A DNA stretch of 56,382 nt, counting the filler, from Sphacelaria rigidula (Eukaryota), in NCBI GenBank assembly GCA_964200075.2. It is 5 parts of 5 records of this genome, joined end to end, with 100 filler letters (N's around TTAATTAATTAA, not from the genome) between each part and the next. Parts side by side here need not be neighbours in the genome. Positions count along the whole stretch, not along the records: positions 45,188 to 56,382 come from CAXNAA020005259.1; 4 more parts are not named here. The stretch is one strand, 5' to 3'. Positions 50,530 through 56,382 of the stretch are shown one piece after another. The position numbers and the translations under genes are program-made. Numbering within the stretch: position 1 is the first letter of the stretch; every line of letters begins with the position of its first letter. The notes under the pieces were generated by a model. That model searched no databases, was not told the origin of the DNA, and saw only the letters and a program-made list of their open reading frames with translations.

Positions 50530-51120
50530 CGAGCTTGGCCAGCTCAGAAGCTGCTAAAACTTGCTCACACCACAGCTTCCCCAGTTTCCTGAATGAACCC
50601 GATGTAAGCATATCACTGTGAAGTATAGACCAACCTGGTGACAAACGGCACCGCCGCTGAATGAAAAAAAAAATGCGCTGCATAATGTATAACCTTAACG
50701 ACGGACGAACAAAAATAAGAGAATCTGTCGGGATTCGAACTCATGACCTCCATAATTGGAGTCTCCCATCACTTGATTTTTAGGGGTGCAGCAACGTCAC
50801 GGAAAATGCTGAACGCACGGCCCAATTCGATGAGTCTTGAGCTGAAATTTCAGGAAAACCTTCTGCACCCAAGGAACTGATACTCTACGTGTCGAGCTGC
50901 AGGTTCTCCTTTCCCCCCTGGACTTATGGCATTATCTTGTTTTTGCTTAAATTTCAAACGCCCATAACTTTTTTTTTTTCCTTTTTTTATCTGCTGGACT
51001 CGTGATCTTCTGCATTTCGATCATGAAAAGCGGCTGTCAAAATGTCAGCGTCCAACTCCTAATATCGCGCCGTGTGTCGCCTGAGCGAGATTCACACCTG
51101 TTCTTGGCTGACCCAGCTCG
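50530..51120. mobile_element. Tc1/mariner-like MITE with TA TSD
   Basis: TA-CGAGCTTGGCCAGC...GCTGACCCAGCTCG-TA; contains a SINE-head fragment (gggattcgaactc, about 50729). Confidence 0.65.
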
Positions 51121-51948
51121 TACGCAGCGTGCGTTTGCATCTTGATTATTGTGGGAGAGGTTATTATGTATTTGGTGTTAATGGTAAGATGTTGGTGAGA
51201 GGCAATCAATCATAATCGCACAAATATCACCAATTAGTCGTACAACGGACAAGCAAATACGGTTTTCGTGAGATTGACGGTAGAGGATACGATTGAGAGT
51301 GAAGATCTGACAATAATAAGTGAATTACCCGTTTCAGGTCCGAAATGTCACTGCACGAGGTTTAATATGTTTTCTGTAGTAGCTTGCCACTGATGCCCTT
51401 GATATCCCTGAGTAGGATACCGACGTGTAGCTGTAAGCACACGCTAGTGATGGAGGCAAGAAAAAAGCACACACGGGATGAAAAATTGGGTGAATTAAAG
51501 CGAATCATCAATGCCACTCCCAATCAGCGCTCTACTCTCGATCTCATGAAACCGCATTTAACCGTCTATGTTATTATTACATCACTCGATGTTTGCAACA
51601 TCTTCACATCGGGCTGGGCGCACGTACTCCTTATTGCCGCCAACCGGCATACTGTAGAGGTGAGAGGAGGTGTACGATGTTTGCGTATGAAATACGGTGT
51701 GAGTCTACCCCGCCCCCGACAGTCAGCCGGGAGTGGGTGGAGATCAAGGGCACATCCGTAGCAGCATCCCAAATCCGTCGTTCCTTTTCACGGGACGGTG
51801 TATAACGATAAATCATTTGATTTTTCTGGGTCTCTTTAACTGACAGTGGGTCAGAGAAGCACGGAATACGTTGATCCCAGAATAACTACCAGCGCGAGGA
51901 AGCGTGTGTCTGACTCGATACTCTACTCGAGCACAGGGCACAGTAGCC

Positions 51949-52497
51949 ATGAAGCAGTGGCTCCTTGCATACGCAATGACCGCACCAAGCGCAGTTTCGC
52001 TCCGCACGAACTTCTCTATGTGTGCCCGAATTACCGTACCACCCGAGTCTACATGCTATTGCGATGGGAGTAGGAATAGCCGTCTGTCGAGCACACGGGG
52101 TACAGACCACGCCAGAATATGCTCATACCGCGTGCGATCTTTCGATAGGCGACAGTATCCTTTTAGGCGGGTGCCTGTCATGATGACCGCGACCGACTCC
52201 AGTAGCAATGATGTTTCTCCCATGGATTTGAAGGAAGACGGTACAAGATCTGTTTCGAACTACCGACAGACGAGCGGTCCTGTGAAAGCTGTTGTCGGTG
52301 GTTTGACAGATTTCTTCGTTAGGATCGCTGGTGGGTCGGACAGCGGCCAAGATGATATCGGACATGATGATGCCATAGACGGCGCGTTGGTGGAGAGTAA
52401 GGGTTCCTTATCTGTGCAGGAGTTGGAGGCCGGCATTCGTGGGGAGTACGCGAAGAATTTCCTATGGACAGGGGACATCAATGAAGCGTTGTACGAG
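51949..52497 (+). CDS. Exon 1 of a DUF2358/SnoaL-like protein, possibly plastid-targeted
   Basis: 183 open codons from gccATG; ends LEAGIRGEYAKNFLWTGDINEALYE (cf. family motif YxxTGDxxxxxYxxDCxFxDP); GTATGT donor. The next exon was not found. Confidence 0.75.
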
Positions 52498-53713
52498 GTA
52501 TGTATGGTATGCTGATACTCGCATTTTTTCATGGTGTTGAGGTATCACACACGACAGTTGTTGCGTCTTCTGGATGATACGCTAGCGTGTCAGTGATTCA
52601 AGCCTTGTAAGTTTGGAATGCCCCCTTCACGACTTGCGCGCGACTGTAGCATGCTAGTCGCTGTCTTGTACAGTGAACATGTATGTCATTATACCAGCCA
52701 AGATTTCGTCTCTTCCGTGGTAAATACAAGAATGATGAAAACGTGTCAATGCGGGCACATGGATATGCGGGCTGATCCCAGCTGCGACCTGGGCCAGCAT
52801 AGAGCTCCCGTTGGCAGTTGATAAGTCACACGCAGCTTAATTTGAGGAGCTAGGAACTGAAACTTTGACACGATATTTTATGCATACGCGGAAAAATTCT
52901 GAAGGGGCAAGAAGAAGAAAAAACTCGAGTGATTTGGAATATCAGCAAAAAGAAAATTATGTGACAAGGCCACTTCTGACATGTGAAAAGAAAAAACAAA
53001 ATGTTGAAAACTGACTTTTTGGCCCTCCTGCGTCGCTTTACGCCCTAAAAGAGGGCTGTGCTGCAGGAACCACGAACTTGAAGACGCCGAAGACAGGAAG
53101 CAAAATCAGCCGACAAGACGATGTACCAAGTTTCATGTATACGCACCCACGAAAGCGAATAAAGCTGATGGCTGACGGCATTAAGCATTGATTTCCGCGT
53201 GCTGCTGCACTGTCGACACCTTTACAAAAGTACGCAAGCTAGGAACTATCAACATGCCAGTAAGACACGTGAAAAATATGTGTACGCCGTATATAACAGA
53301 GTACATGTACGCAGCTGGGCATACCAGAACTCTTACAAAAAAACGCATGTCAGACAACCGAGTGAGAATGTGCAGCTGCGCACACATGAAAGAAAAACAT
53401 ATCGTAAACCGTCTGCAAAGTACGCTGAACGCTACCCACAACGCAAATGCTGCCAAGACGAAGGCATGCAAGTGTTACTGACGGTCAACTGCAGCACGCT
53501 GAATGCTCAACTTTTGCATCCTCATACATACAGGTTGTTCTTGATTCTGAGTCTGGGATTGCCTGCCTAATTGTACATGAACGCCCCCCTTGCTCGATGG
53601 GTCATGGTCTGCCTACGTTGGGGCTAGGGCTAGGCGCCAGGATGTATTCCTATAAGGCATGTCATATTTTTCAGCCCAAACCAGCGCATAACAACTGTGT
53701 CAGTTCCTGATTT

Positions 53714-54130
53714 TGATTGATTGATTGATTGTCGTACTTTAACTGACCCCCCAGGGGTCCAGCCGTGGTCTCATGATAGGCGTACCCAAAAAAAACGAAA
53801 CTGAAACACGATCTAAGGGGGAAAAAAAAAAAAGGAAGAGAAGATAAAAAAACAGAAACAGAAAAAAAAAAAGAGGGGTCGAACAGAACGATATAGCAGA
53901 CTAAGTCGTGACAAAAATAAAATTAATAAAAAGTCAACACAAGCAAAGCACAGAAAGAAATGGCCGATCTAAAACAAGAAAAAAGAAGAGAAAAGAAAAG
54001 TACAAAGCAAATAAAATAAAATGCAATGAAACGAAAAGAAAAGAAAAGGAAAAGGCCTACGGGATTCAGGGCAGCAGAGTAGGTACAGACACACACCAGT
54101 GGGTACCGTAGCGCCACCGACTAAGGACAT
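53714..54130 (-). mobile_element. LINE 3' UTR-like remnant with a (TCAA)n tail
   Basis: The minus strand is pyrimidine-rich and ends in caatcaatcaatcaa; a similar end lies at 36541-36720. Confidence 0.5.
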
Positions 54131-54557
54131 AATCAACAACCGATATGAGAGGACAGGATTCTGATCGAAATCGAATTCAATTGTGAATCCGTTTGTCAGA
54201 TCTGGGTCCAGTCCTGGCCGTTTATGTTTCTTGCGAGATGCATGAGATTTGGGTTTATACAATGAGGCGGGTTTCCCTCACTTCGGCGCCATTAAGCCAT
54301 GATTTCATACAGTTTCCTACATGATGTGTGCTTTGTTTTGGGGGCGCCAATTGGAGCAAAAATGCGTGCTGCGCACGCTGCGCGCACCCTGGGCGGGGCT
54401 TGGGGCTGTGAACCCTGCACAACTCCAAATATGATTATCTACGCAAACAGTTTGACGCAAACACAGTCGGCACGTCGACAACAGCACCTGCAGCTGCAGC
54501 TATTCGGCGCTATACCGCACGACCTACAAGTGACCCAGACGTATAGCTCTAGAAACC

Positions 54558-54845
54558 GTCGCGCCCCGGTGGTACAACGGTTCAATTGACACCATTAGAG
54601 TGGAGAAAACGCGGGTTTGATTATCACCAGGTGTGCGTTTGGTTTTTTTCTCGAAGTACACATCTGATTCCCGCCGTTGACAACATGAGGACGTGATATA
54701 CAAGAAGAATTGGAGTTTGTTCGACGACAGTTTGCGTGGTGGGGGAGTGCTGATCCAATCCGCGACACCCAATGTAGGGCGTGTACCGGCGAGAGATATG
54801 CTGATTCCTTGAGACCATTAGAGTACGGACTCGTCCCGAGCAGGG
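54558..54845 (+). mobile_element. tRNA-derived SINE, family 2
   Basis: Head cgccccggtggtacaacgg...gcgggtttgatt; body shared with 31680-31975; a related copy lies at about 55985-56275. Confidence 0.7.
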
Positions 54846-56382
54846 GGTGTACTCATTATCATGCATGCCATAGTCATCTGACCATTAGGAGGGAGGGGGC
54901 AAGGAGTGTTTCGAAATATTGTAGGAAGAAGGGGCAAGCCCCACAGCCCCGCCAGCGCACAAGCACGCGTCTGAAGGGGGTTGCGTATCCGTGTGTATGT
55001 GTGTTTCACACCCTAGACAACAGGTTACACTGTCAAAAAGTGCACTGCGTACAGTGTGGAATCTGTTGTCTATTGCAATCGTCTGAAACGCAGTAGTTGA
55101 TACTGTACGCAGTAAACTTTCGACATTGTAATCTGTCATCCAGGGTGTGATGTGTGTATGTGTGTGTGAGACAGAGGGAGGTGCGGTGAAATCATACTCC
55201 AGCATTTTTTTTTTTTCTTGAAAATCGACGAGACCAGTGCGCCGCAAATCCGTCACATTTCCGGCAGGATTCTCATCGAAAGTAAAAAAACAAAACAAAA
55301 AAGTAGCACCGTCGCCGGACTACGAACATCCCTAGCACAATCCGACGGGTTCTCGACAGAACTCCAGACCGGACGTGGTACAACATACAAGGTCGTTGGA
55401 TGAGGTTATGATCTGCTACCTTACAGAAAATTGCATCATCAGGTGCAAAACATGGGTCACTAGATCTGAAGCAGGAGATGGAAATAATCAGAGAATGCTG
55501 CCGCTTTCATCAGTTTTTCCTCATTTCTCTCATGTCAAATGTCACGGTGAGTAGGGTTTCACCTGTTGTGCTTCAGACAATGAAAACAGAACTCACGTCG
55601 TCAATGGCTTGTATCATCTCACTGAATGCAGTCACTTACAATTACCAGTGTGTTTTCAAATCAGTACAGTAGCAGTGCTGAGGACGGGAGGCGACAAGTC
55701 ATTGAGGACCATATCATGAGCAACAACGAGACCTTACTCCCTCAGGTGTTTGGGGCTAAAAGCCTGCGAACCGGCACATGACGCCGATGAAACTGCCAAG
55801 TGTCTTCCTCCTCGCTGACGGATTGCATCATCGCCTCTTAGGTTCGTGATATCAGCCCATCCAGACGTGTCCGTACTTACAGTTACACCGAAAGCACTTC
55901 GATTGAACGGTGTCACCGCCCTTTGCGCCGTCAAACTCAAGCTTACAATGGAAAATGACTCTTGTTTCACCTGTACAATACAATCGCCGCACCCCGGTGA
56001 TTTCAACTTGTGCAGCTTGCGACCGCTGCGGGCGAAGTCGGGGGTTTGAATCCAGGCAGATGCGCCTCCTTATTTTTCTCAGGAGTGGTCTCTCTGCGTC
56101 GCCGAAACCGTGGGGGCATGAGTAGCAAAAACAATGGCGAGAGTCGACGCTGTGCGGGAGTGCTAATACAGTCCGCGGTAGTGTACCAAGAAATGTCAGG
56201 CCTGTAACGGGGGAGAGAAATAGAGAGAACGGTTGATCCCTTGACAATACGGAGTCGTCCCGAGGAAGGGAAGATATCAAAAACGTCACAAAAAAATAGA
56301 ACGTGTGTGGCTGATAGAATCGGTTCTTCCCGTATGTTGAAAATATATATATATATATATATATTTTTTTTTCTACTCACGA

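Noticed and set aside
55478..55971. Minus-strand exon-like segments (also about 49217-49304)
   Set aside because: Plausible splice sites, but no consistent frame chain or recognisable domain.

Overview
Repeat-rich eukaryotic nuclear DNA, most likely from a brown alga. This is an inference from long GT-AG introns, a signal peptide plus 'AF' bipartite plastid-targeting motif, and kinesin-light-chain-type TPR exons. The window is not demonstrably contiguous: four identical 100-nt linkers (44 N + TTAATTAATTAA + 44 N) split it into five near-equal pieces (11197, 11197, 11197, 11196 and 11195 nt), so nothing is joined across them. Supported genes, all partial: a minus-strand Gly/Asp-rich gene ending in a probable degenerate RING exon (piece 1), the first exon of a plastid-targeted WCGPC thioredoxin (piece 2), six phase-compatible exons of a TPR protein (piece 3), a probably decayed multi-exon gene with a LamG-like exon (piece 4), and the first exon of a DUF2358/SnoaL-like protein (piece 5). 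The most notable element is a decayed, intron-containing piggyBac transposase (about 19.1-21.7 kb). It may lie in a larger element that also carries an oppositely oriented Cys/His-rich gene remnant, and many short TTAA-CCC...GGG-TTAA piggyBac-type MITEs occur in the window. The remainder is MITEs and foldbacks of several superfamilies, tRNA-derived SINEs, RTE-type LINE 3' ends and microsatellites. I found no CRISPR array, rRNA or genuine tRNA, and no novel system that can be established from the sequence alone.
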